From Balanoglossus misakiensis (taxonomy: Eukaryota > Animalia > Hemichordata): a stretch of 64,000 nt of DNA. Each line of letters begins with the position of its first letter. Positions within the stretch are counted from its first letter, which is position 1. The notes below the pieces were generated by a model. It made no database searches and was not told the origin of the DNA. It saw only the letters and a program-made list of their open reading frames with translations. The stretch is taken from the NCBI GenBank assembly GCA_040954595.2, contig CM082577.2, forward strand, positions 2,356,001 to 2,420,000, written 5' to 3'. This document shows positions 15,001 to 27,400 of this stretch, one piece after another. Both the position numbers and the translations under genes were made by a program.

Positions 15001-18000
15001 TGACAATTTTTCGACTTTGCGAAATTTCAAAATTTCATCGATTTTTGAAAAAATCATGGGTTAGCTCATGAAAATCATCAGAAAATGACAATTTTTCGAC
15101 TTTGCGAAATTTCAAAATTTTGTCGATTTTTGAAAAAATCATGGGTTATAGCTCAGGAAAATCATCAGAAAATGACAATTTTTCGACTTTGCAAAATTTC
15201 AAAATTTCGTCGATTTTTGAAAAAATCATGGGTTATAGCTCATGAAAATCATCAGAAAATGACAATTTTTCGACTTTGCGAAATTTCAAAATTTCGTCGA
15301 TTTTTGAAAAAATCATGTGTTATAGCTCATGAAAATCATCAGAAAATGACATTTTTTCGACTTTGCGAAATTTCAAAATTTCGTCGATTTTTGAAAAAAT
15401 CATGGGTTATAGCTCATGAAAATCATCAGAAAATGACAATTTTTCGACTTTGCGAAATTTCAAAATTTCGTCGATTTTTGAAAAAATCATGGGTTATAGC
15501 TCATGAAAATCATCAGAAAATGACAATTTTTACGACTTTGCGAAATTTCAAAATTTCGTCGATTTTTTAAAAAAATCATGGGTTATAGCTCATGAAAATC
15601 ATCAGAAAATGACAATTTTTCGACTTTGCGAAATTTCAAAATTTCGTCAATTTTTGAAATAATCATCTGTTATAGCTCTTGAAAATCATCAGAAAATGAC
15701 AATTTTTCGACTTTGCCAAATTTCAAAATTTCGTCGATTTTTGAAAAAATCATGGGTTATAGCTCATGAAAATCATCAGAAACTGACAATTTTTCGACTT
15801 TGCGAAATTTCAAAATTTCGTCGATTTTTGAAATAATCATGGGTTATAGCTCATGAAAATCATCAGAAAATGACAATTTTTCGACTTTGCGAAATTTCAA
15901 AATTTCGTCGATTTTTGAAAAATCATGGGTTATAGCTCATGAAAATCATCAGAAAATGACAATTTTACGACTTTGCGAAATTTCAAAATTTCGTCGATTT
16001 TTGAAAAAATCATGGGTTATAGCTCATGAAAATCATAAGAAAATGACAATTTTACGACTTTGCGAAATTTCAAAATTTCGTCGATTTTTGAAAAAATCAT
16101 GGGTTATAGCTCATGAAAATCATCAGAAAATGACAATTTTTCGACTTTGCGAAATTTCAAAATTTCGTCGATTTTTGAAAAAATCATGGGTTATAGCTCA
16201 TGAAAGTCGTCAGAAAATGACAATTTTTCGACTTTGCGAAATTTCAAAATTTCGTCGATTTTTGAAAAAATCATGGGTTATAGCTCATGAAAATCATCAG
16301 AAAATGACAATTTTTCGACTCTGCGAAATTTCAAAATTTCGTCGATTTTTGAAAAAATCATGGGTTATAGCTCATGAAAATCATCAGAAAATGACAATTT
16401 TTCGACTTTGCGAAATTTCAAAATTTCGTCGATTTTTGAAAAAATCATGGGTTATAGCTCATGAAAATCATCAGAAAATGACAATTTTTCGACTTTGCGA
16501 AATTTCAAAATTTCGTCGATTTTTGAAATAATCATGGGTTATAGCTCATGAAAATCATCAGAAAATGACAATTTTTCGACTCTGCGAAATTTCAAAATTT
16601 CGTCGATTTTTGAAAAAATCATGGGTTATAGCTCATGAAAATCATCAGAAAATGACAATTTTTCGACTTTGCGAAATTTCAAAATTTCGTCGATTTTTGA
16701 AATAATCATGGGTTATAGCTCTTGAAAATCATCAGAAAATGACAATTTTTCGACTTTGCGAAATTTCAAAATTTCGTCGATTTTTGAAAAAATCATGGGT
16801 TATAGCTCATGAAAATCATCAGAAAATGACAATTTTTCGACTTTGCGAAATTTCAAAATTTCGTCGATTTTTGAAAAAATCATGGGTTATAGCTCATGAA
16901 GATCATCAGAAAATGACAATTTTTCGACTTTGCGAAATTTCAAAATTTCGTCGATTTTTGAAAAAATCATGGGTTATAGCTCATGAAAATCATCAGAAAA
17001 TGACAATTTTTCGACTTTGCGAAATTTCAAAATTTCGTCGATTTTTGAAAAAATCATGGGTTATAGCTCATGAAAATCATCAGAAAATGACAATTTTTCG
17101 ACTTTGCGAAATTTCAAAATTTCGTCGATTTTTCAAATAATCATGGGTTATAGCTCATGAAAATCATCAGAAAATGACAATTTTTCGACATTGCAAAATT
17201 TCAAAATTTCGTCGATTTTTGAAAAAACATGGGTTATAGCTCATGAAAATCATCAGAAAATGACAATTTTTCGACTTTGCGAAATTTCAAAATTTCGTCG
17301 TTTTTTGAAAAAAATCATGGGTTATAGCTCATAAAAATCATCAGAAAATGACAATTTTTCGACTTTGCGAAATTTCAAAATTTCGTCGATTTTTGGAAAA
17401 ATCATGGGTTATAGCTCATGAAAATCATCAGAAAATGACAATTTTTCGACTTTGCGAAATTTCAAAATTTCATCGATTTTTGAAAAAATCATGGGTTAGC
17501 TCATGAAAATCATCAGAAAATGACAATTTTTCGACTTTGCGAAATTTCAAAATTTTGTCGATTTTTGAAAAAATCATGGGTTATAGCTCAGGAAAATCAT
17601 CAGAAAATGACAATTTTTCGACTTTGCAAAATTTCAAAATTTCGTCGATTTTTGAAAAAATCATGGGTTATAGCTCAGGAAAATCATCAGAAAATGACAA
17701 TTTTTCGACTTTGCGAAATTTCAAAATTTCGTCGATTTTTGAAAAAATCATGTGTTATAGCTCATGAAAATCATCAGAAAATGACATTTTTTCGACTTTG
17801 CGAAATTTCAAAATTTCGTCGATTTTTGAAAAAATCATGGGTTATAGCTCATGAAAATCATCAGAAAATGACAATTTTTCGACTTTGCGAAATTTCAAAA
17901 TTTCGTCGATTTTTGAAAAAATCATGGGTTATAGCTCATGAAAATCATCAGAAAATGACAATTTTTACGACTTTGCGAAATTTCAAAATTTCGTCGATTT

Positions 18001-21000
18001 TTTAAAAAAATCATGGGTTATAGCTCATGAAAATCATCAGAAAATGACAATTTTTCGACTTTGCGAAATTTCAAAATTTCGTCAATTTTTGAAATAATCA
18101 TCTGTTATAGCTCTTGAAAATCATCAGAAAATGACAATTTTTCGACTTTGCCAAATTTCAAAATTTCGTCGATTTTTGAAAAAATCATGGGTTATAGCTC
18201 ATGAAAATCATCAGAAAATGACAATTTTTCGACTTTGCGAAATTTCAAAATTTCGTCGATTTTTGAAATAATCATGGGTTATAGCTCATGAAAATCATCA
18301 GAAAATGACAATTTTTCGACTTTGCGAAATTTCAAAATTTCGTCGATTTTTGAAATAATCATGGGTTATAGCTCATGAAAATCATCAGAAAATGACAATT
18401 TTTCGACTTTGCGAAATTTCAAAATTTCGTCGATTTTTGAAAAAATCATGGGTTATAGCTCATGAAAATCATCAGAAAATGACAATTTTTCGACTCTGCG
18501 AAATTTCAAAATTTCGTCGATTTTTGAAAAAATCATGGGTTATAGCGCATGAAAATCATAAGAAAATGACAATTTTACGACTCTGCGAAATTTCAAAATT
18601 TCGTCGATTTTTGAAAAAATCATGGGTTATAGCTCATGAAAATCATCAGAAAATGACAATTTTTCGACTTTGCAAAATTTCAAAATTTCGTCGATTTTTG
18701 AAAAAATCATGGGTTATAGCTCATGAAGATCATCAGAAAATGACAATTTTACGACTTTGCGAAATTTCAAAATTTCGTCGATTTTTGAAAAAATCATGGG
18801 TTATAGCTCATGAAAATCATAAGAAAATGACAATTTTACGACTTTGCGAAATTTCAAAATTTCGTCGATTTTTGAAAAAATCATGGGTTATAGCTCATGA
18901 AAATCATCAGAAAATGACAATTTTTCGACTTTGCGAAATTTCAAAATTTCGTCGATTTTTGAAAAAATCATGCGTTATAGCTCATGAAAATCGTCAGAAA
19001 ATGACAATTTTTCGACTTTGCGAAATTTCAAAATTTCGTCGATTTTTGAAAAAATCATGGGTTATAGCTCATAAAAATCATCAGAAAATGACAATTTTTC
19101 GACTCTGCGAAATTTCAAAATTTCGTCGATTTTTGAAAAAATCATGGGTTATAGCTCATGAAAATCATCAGAAAATGACAATTTTTCGACTCTGCGAAAT
19201 TTCAAAATTTCGTCGATTTTTGAAAAAATCATGGGTTATAGCTCATGAAAATCATCAGAAAATGACAATTTTTCGACTCTGCGAAATTTCAAAATTTCGT
19301 CGATTTTTGAAAAAATCATGGGTTATAGCTCTTGAAAATCATCAGAAAATGACAATTTTTCGACTTTGCCAAATTTCAAAATTTCGTCGATTTTTGAAAT
19401 AATCATGGGTTATAGCTCTTGAAAATCATCAGAAAATGACAATTTTTCGACTTTGCCAAATTTCAAAATTTCGTCGATTTTTGAAAAAATCATGGGTTAT
19501 AGCTCATGAAAATCATCAGAAAATGACAATTTTTCGACTTTGCGAAATTTCAAAATTTCGTCGATTTTTGAAAAAATCATGGGTTATAGCTCATGAAAAT
19601 CATCAGAAAATGACAATTTTTCGACTTTGCGAAATTTCAAAATTTCGTCGATTTTTGAAAAAATCATGGGTTATAGCTCAGGAAAATCATCAGAAAATGA
19701 CAATTTTTCGACTTTGCAAAATTTCAAAATTTCGTCGATTTTTGAAAAAATCATGGGTTATAGCTCAGGAAAATCATCAGAAAATGACAATTTTTCGACT
19801 TTGCGAAATTTCAAAATTTCGTCGATTTTTGAAAAAATCATGTGTTATAGCTCATGAAAATCATCAGAAAATGACATTTTTTCGACTTTGCGAAATTTCA
19901 AAATTTCGTCGATTTTTGAAAAAATCATGGGTTATAGCTCATGAAAATCATCAGAAAATGACAATTTTTCGACTTTGCGAAATTTCAAAATTTCGTCGAT
20001 TTTTGAAAAAATCATGGGTTATAGCTCATGAAAATCATCAGAAAATGACAATTTTACGACTTTGCGAAATTTCAAAATTTCGTCGATTTTTTAAAAAAAT
20101 CATGGGTTATAGCTCATGAAAATCATCAGAAAATGACAATTTTTCGACTTTGCGAAATTTCAAAATTTCGTCAATTTTTGAAATAATCATCTGTTATAGC
20201 TCTTGAAAATCATCAGAAAATGACAATTTTTCGACTTTGCCAAATTTCAAAATTTCGTCGATTTTTGAAAAAATCATGGGTTATAGCTCATGAAAATCAT
20301 CAGAAAATGACAATTTTTCGACTTTGCGAAATTTCAAAATTTCGTCGATTTTTGAAATAATCATGGGTTATAGCTCATGAAAATCATCAGAAAATGACAA
20401 TTTTTCGACTTTGCGAAATTTCAAAATTTCGTCGATTTTTGAAATAATCATGGGTTATAGCTCATGAAAATCATCAGAAAATGACAATTTTTCGACTTTG
20501 CGAAATTTCAAAATTTCGTCGATTTTTGAAAAAATCATGGGTTATAGCTCATGAAAATCATCAGAAAATGACAATTTTTCGACTCTGCGAAATTTCAAAA
20601 TTTCGTCGATTTTTGAAAAAATCATGGGTTATAGCGCATGAAAATCATAAGAAAATGACAATTTTACGACTCTGCGAAATTTCAAAATTTCGTCGATTTT
20701 TGAAAAAATCATGGGTTATAGCTCATGAAAATCATCAGAAAATGACAATTTTTCGACTTTGCAAAATTTCAAAATTTCGTCGATTTTTGAAAAAATCATG
20801 GGTTATAGCTCATGAAGATCATCAGAAAATGACAATTTTACGACTTTGCGAAATTTCAAAATTTCGTCGATTTTTGAAAAAATCATGGGTTATAGCTCAT
20901 GAAAATCATAAGAAAATGACAATTTTTCGACTTTGCGAAATTTCAAAATTTCGTCGATTTTTGAAAAAATCATGGGTTATAGCTCATAAAAATCATCAGA

Positions 21001-24000
21001 AAATGACAATTTTTCGACTCTGCGAAATTTCAAAATTTCGTCGATTTTTGAAAAAATCATGGGTTATAGCTCATGAAAATCATCAGAAAATGACAATTTT
21101 TCGACTCTGCGAAATTTCAAAATTTCGTCGATTTTTGAAAAAATCATGGGTTATAGCTCATGAAAATCATCAGAAAATGACAATTTTTCGACTCTGCGAA
21201 ATTTCAAAATTTCGTCGATTTTTGAAAAAATCATGGGTTATAGCTCTTGAAAATCATCAGAAAATGACAATTTTTCGACTTTGCCAAATTTCAAAATTTC
21301 GTCGATTTTTGAAATAATCATGGGTTATAGCTCTTGAAAATCATCAGAAAATGACAATTTTTCGACTTTGCCAAATTTCAAAATTTCGTCGATTTTTGAA
21401 AAAATCATGGGTTATAGCTCATGAAAATCATCAGAAAATGACAATTTTTCGACTTTGCGAAATTTCAAAATTTCGTCGATTTTTGAAAAAATCATGGGTT
21501 ATAGCTCATGAAAATCATCAGAAAATGACAATTTTTCGACTTTGCGAAATTTCAAAATTTCGTCGATTTTTGAAAAAATCATGGGTTATAGCTCAGGAAA
21601 ATCATCAGAAAATGACAATTTTTCGACTTTGCAAAATTTCAAAATTTCGTCGATTTTTGAAAAAATCATGGGTTATAGCTCAGGAAAATCATCAGAAAAT
21701 GACAATTTTTCGACTTTGCGAAATTTCAAAATTTCGTCGATTTTTGAAAAAATCATGTGTTATAGCTCATGAAAATCATCAGAAAATGACATTTTTTCGA
21801 CTTTGCGAAATTTCAAAATTTCGTCGATTTTTGAAAAAATCATGGGTTATAGCTCATGAAAATCATCAGAAAATGACAATTTTTCGACTTTGCGAAATTT
21901 CAAAATTTCGTCGATTTTTGAAAAAATCATGGGTTATAGCTCATGAAAATCATCAGAAAATGACAATTTTACGACTTTGCGAAATTTCAAAATTTCGTCG
22001 ATTTTTTAAAAAAATCATGGGTTATAGCTCATGAAAATCATCAGAAAATGACAATTTTTCGACTTTGCGAAATTTCAAAATTTCGTCAATTTTTGAAATA
22101 ATCATCTGTTATAGCTCTTGAAAATCATCAGAAAATGACAATTTTTCGACTTTGCCAAATTTCAAAATTTCGTCGATTTTTGAAAAAATCATGGGTTATA
22201 GCTCATGAAAATCATCAGAAAATGACAATTTTTCGACTTTGCGAAATTTCAAAATTTCGTCGATTTTTGAAAAAATCATGGGTTATAGCTCATGAAGATC
22301 ATCAGAAAATGACAATTTTACGACTTTGCGAAATTTCAAAATTTCGTCGATTTTTGAAAAAATCATGGGTTATAGCTCATGAAAATCATAAGAAAATGAC
22401 AATTTTACGACTTTGCGAAATTTCAAAATTTCGTCGATTTTTGAAAAAATCATGGGTTATAGCTCAGGAAAATCGTCAGAAAATGACAATTTTTCGACTT
22501 TGCGAAATTTCAAAATTTCGTCGATTTTTGAAAAAATCATGGGTTATAGCTCATAAAAATCATCAGAAAATGACAATTTTTCGACTCTGCGAAATTTCAA
22601 AATTTCGTCGATTTTTGAAAAAATCATGGGTTATAGCTCATGAAAATCATCAGAAAATGACAATTTTTCGACTCTGCGAAATTTCAAAATTTCGTCGATT
22701 TTTGAAAAAATCATGGGTTATAGCTCATGAAAATCATCAGAAAATGACAATTTTTCGACTCTGCGAAATTTCAAAATTTCGTCGATTTTTGAAAAAATCA
22801 TGGGTTATAGCTCTTGAAAATCATCAGAAAATGACAATTTTTCGACTTTGCCAAATTTCAAAATTTCGTCGATTTTTGAAATAATCATGGGTTATAGCTC
22901 TTGAAAATCATCAGAAAATGACAATTTTTCGACTTTGCCAAATTTCAAAATTTCGTCGATTTTTGAAAAAATCATGGGTTATAGCTCATGAAAATCATCA
23001 GAAAATGACAATTTTTCGACTTTGCGAAATTTCAAAATTTCGTCGATTTTTGAAAAAATCATGGGTTATAGCTCATGAAAATCATCAGAAAATGACAATT
23101 TTTCGACTTTGCGAAATTTCAAAATTTCGTCGATTTTTGAAAAAATCATGGGTTATAGCTCATGAAAATCATCAGAAAATGACAATTTTTCGACCATGCG
23201 AAATTTCAAAATTTCGTCGATTTTTGAAATAATCATGGGTTATAGCTCATGAAAATCATCAGAAAATGACAATTTTTCGACTTTGCGAAATTTCAAAATT
23301 TCGTCGATTTTTGAAATAATCATGGGTTATAGCTCATGAAAATCATCAGAAAATGACAATTTTTCGACTTTGCGAAATTTCAAAATTTCGTCGATTTTTG
23401 AAAAAATCATGGGTTATAGCTCATGAAAATCATCAGAAAATGACAATTTTTCGACTTTGCGAAATTTCAAAATTTCGTCGATTTTTGAAAAAATCATGGG
23501 TTATAGCTCATGAAAATCATCAGAAAATGACAATTTTTCGACTCTGCGAAATTTCAAAATTTCGTCGATTTTTGAAAAAATCATGGGTTATAGCTCATGA
23601 AAATCATCAGAAAATGACAATTTTTCGACTCTGCGAAATTTCAAAATTTCGTCGATTTTTGAAAAAATCATGGGTTATAGCTCATGAAAATCATCAGAAA
23701 ATGACAATTTTTCGACTTTGCGAAATTTCAAAATTTCGTCGATTTTTGAAAAAATCATGGGTTATAGCTCATGAAAATCATCAGAAAATGACAATTTTTC
23801 GACTTTGCGAAATTTCAAAATTTTGTCGATTTTTGAAAAAATCATGGGTTATAGCTCAGGAAAATCATCAGAAAATGACAATTTTTCGACTTTGCGAAAT
23901 TTCAAAATTTCGTCGATTTTTGAAAAAATCATGGGTTATAGCTCATGAAAATCATCAGAAAATGACAATTTTTCGACTTTGCGAAATTTCAAAATTTCGT

Positions 24001-24400
24001 CGATTTTTGAAATAATCATGGGTTATAGCTCATGAAAATCATCAGAAAATGACAATTTTTCGACTCTGCGAAATTTCAAAATTTTGTCGATTTTTGAAAA
24101 AATCATGGGTTATAGCTCATGAAAATCATCAGAAAATGACAATTTTTCGACTTTGCGAAATTTCAAAATTTCGTCGATTTTTGAAAAAATCATGGGTTAT
24201 AGCTCATGAAAATCATCAGAAAATGACAATTTTACGACTTTGCGAAATTTCAAAATTTCGTCGATTTTTGAAAAAATCATGGGTTATAGCTCATGAAAAT
24301 CATCAGAAAATGACAATTTTTCGACTCTGCGAAATTTCAAAATTTCGTCGATTTTTGAAAAAAATCATGGGTTTTAGCTCATGAAAATCATCCAAAAATG
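1..24400. repeat. 87-bp tandem satellite DNA array (~280 monomers, truncated by window start)
   Basis: Consensus ATGGGTTATAGCTCATGAAAATCATCAGAAAATGACAATTTTTCGACTTTGCGAAATTTCAAAATTTCGTCGATTTTTGAAAAAATC repeats head-to-tail, typically with 0-3 differences per monomer. The last partial monomer decays at ~24,390-24,400. Confidence 0.99.
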
Positions 24401-27400
24401 CACTGAAGGTATGGGAAATTGAAAGTTAGAGCGCTATTAAAGCTTATGACTAAAGTGTGTGTAATCTCATTTGAACCTTGGGATCCCAACGGGATGTAAA
24501 AATCGTTCAATTATGTTATCATGGGTGTTTTCGTTGAGGATGTCAAACTACATTTAAATAATCCGGTTCACTCCGCCTAAGTTCACCGACAGTGTTTTGT
24601 TTCCATGGCGCTCAGTAATAATAGGCACAGCCCTGTTGTCGCCGTGCACGTACATGATTGTACACGTCACCGCACAACCATTTCCGCGTCCGATTCTACG
24701 AATCGAGCCCCGGTTCTGACGTAGCTAATTTGCTATAGCCATCGCCGGGGAGCAGGAGGGGAATCCCCGCAAAAAGTCTCAGGCATTTTGAACGTATAAA
24801 TACACGTCACCTTTAAAATTGCATACCATTTGACAGAAACTGGGCCGGGCCAGATTTTCTGTACAAAGTCGCCGCGGTTCACTAAAGAGATTTTACACGC
24901 CGTTCAAGCAATCGCACATGCACAGAAAGACGTTACTAATGGTACAGCCGTAGAAGCGATTACTGTATAAAGCCTGGTGTGATTCCGGATGGAACTTGTC
25001 ACTCTCTCCTCTTGGGGGAAAGTGATTCGGCAGGCTGTTGTCACTGCACTCGACGGGATTGTGGTTATTGGAACATCCTCGCGCCCACCGTTATGTGGCG
25101 ATGGACATTGCATGGTACGCTCAACTGTATACGATATACTAGTATTTCCTCGTTTACGGCACGGTTCACCATGGATACGTGAACGACAAGCGGAGTTCAT
25201 TGAGGTTAAGGTCTCCGCCATTTCCAAGAGTAATCTTCCTGTTGTTGTTTTTTGTACATATAGTAGTTTTTCAGTTCAAAACTTAAAGACTCGTTTCGAA
25301 TTACTGGATTTGTTACCGGTTTTTATTGTCACACTGTACCACTCGCGGCCTCTTTTTTCTTACCTCTAAATTTTAAACTGTTCAGTATCCGTATTTTCAA
25401 AATGGCCGACTATTTGTACTGATAGGATACCGTGCTCGAACTTCTGTGATTGGTTGCCGTGTAAACAAGCAAATATGAATGTGTGCCACCATCTATGCTT
25501 ATGACGTCGCATAGCTCAGGTCAATGTGACCAATATCATCGGAATGGGTCGAAACAGAACATTTTGAAACCAAATTCGCACGGAAGGCATTTTCATGAGT
25601 GTTCCTACTTCAAATTAACAATGCTGTTGGTTTTTACCTCGCAAACACATCATTGACTGAAAAAAATATGTTTCTTACAATATGTACAGCTGCATATTCG
25701 ACAGACGTGTTACAACATATAACCCACCGTTTCAAACCAACATTTCTGGATTTTTTTCAACCAAAAATTTGTGTCGTCGACTCTAGGTAATTTGCCTTTC
25801 CAACTTGAAGGTTTTTACAAGTCATGTACAATAATTTCATACGCGGACATGGGTGTGCAATGGCGCGGTCCAAGACATTGAAAACGTGGATATTGTGATT
25901 GACAACACCAGAGGACCCGAGACGAGCCTTAGCACTAATACAGTTTAAACTAGTCTTATATTCAAATCCCAAACGAGATTTCTTTTTCTGGAGGGTGGAA
26001 ATCGTGAAATACGAATTTTGTGCAATGAGTTAGAATCCCAAAACGACGAAACCACCGGGGACGTATGAAATCACAAGCGTTGACGTCATATACCAGAGAC
26101 CCACATTCAAAGGTTGTTGGACGGTCAAAACTGGGGCGAATTTCGCCTCCAGGATGGTCTACACAGATCTCACGACTGGAATGCGAACGGGTTGCCTCCC
26201 GTTGGACTGCGAGTCGTCTCGTACCAATACAGGATTCACGCCCAGATTGACTGATTAAAAAACTCGAATGGGATCGGAAAATTCCCAACTTGATGCTGTG
26301 CCTGGTCACATTTAACGAAACAACACAAAAATAAAAGACACGCCGAAGTACGTAAGTCGTCAACTTCGATTTTAGAAACAAATATACTATCATTTCTTTA
26401 GGTGGACTAAATTTTGAAAATTGACTATCTAACTGTTAAATTTTGATCGTGGAGTGTGTCACAAACGAACGCGAATCGCCCGTTGTGGTTATGAATAGTC
26501 AAGAATGCATTGCAAACCAGCGTAATGGTTGTAAGACTTAGCGTACACTTAGTGTGGTGTACTCGACTTCATGCACTGACCACCAAGGTTTATATAAAGT
26601 TTTCGAGAAATCGTCTAATTTTAAAAACATGCCATATTCTCTCTTTCAACCTGCGAGCATAAAACTTCTCACTGTACCTGTCGTTGTTCTGCACCGGTAG
26701 GAGACTGGGACCCGTGTGGCCTTGGTCATGTAACCGTAACGGTTAAATTTTGAATGTTGCCTGTCTGATATGCGGAGGGCGTGATGCCGCGACGATCTGT
26801 TTTGTAGTCCACCTCTTGGTGTTGAAATGGCGTTCCGTCTTGTCCATCGCGTGATTTTCCGTGGCACATCACACCAACAGTTCCACGTAAATGAACAGAC
26901 ATAGGCCCACTAATTAGAGCTTGCTTGAATTATAAACGTCGACTTAAGATGAATGTGAGACTACGGTGACGGGTCAGATCGTGCATGGTCACAAGACCAA
27001 GACCCAAATCAAAAGACCCACAATGTCCTTTCTATCCAAGATATTAATCGTGCACCTCGCCAAACCGACGATCTCTAGTTTTTTTTTTTCACTGACGTCA
27101 ACGTCGGTTTTCTTCTGCAGCGCAGTCGCAAGCGTGTCTGTCTTCAATGTAGACCTCCAACAGCGACGAACGGACATAGTTCTCGGGAAGTTTTGCGCCA
27201 TTACTCAAAGCAATCACTCCGTCCGTTTTTATAGCTATGACAGGTTTTCTTTTAGAATTCCGTAAAAATTCCGCAAAAAAAATAAACTGTCTAAAGTGGA
27301 TCGCGATTTTCAGCAACAAAAATGGACGTCGAACAAGTTCCACCACGTGACTGATTGAGCCGCATGACTTTTATACCTCTGTACAGTAGATTTAGTTGGT

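Noticed and set aside
397-24384. Long ORFs of the 29-aa repeat MTIFRLCEISKFRRFLKKSWVIAHENHQK
   Set aside because: Artefact of an 87-bp unit being divisible by 3. Stop variants (AAATAA) and 1-2 bp indels are frequent and copied through the higher-order repeats, so the frame is not protected.
1-24400. Hammerhead ribozyme in the satellite (CTGATGA and GAAA on the minus strand)
   Set aside because: Stem II does not close next to a GAAA and no stem I partner exists around a UH site. An Infernal scan would settle it.
1-24400. CRISPR array or CENP-B box
   Set aside because: No unique spacers and a eukaryotic context. TTCG is present but the CGGG half of the CENP-B box is absent.
27121-27243. Plus-strand exon-like segment containing LQQRRT, as in MRTF RPEL1 (MRTFB neighbours PARN in human)
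   Set aside because: The match is only 6 residues, the following EQLVDQGI-type residues are absent and the donor is weak; most likely chance.
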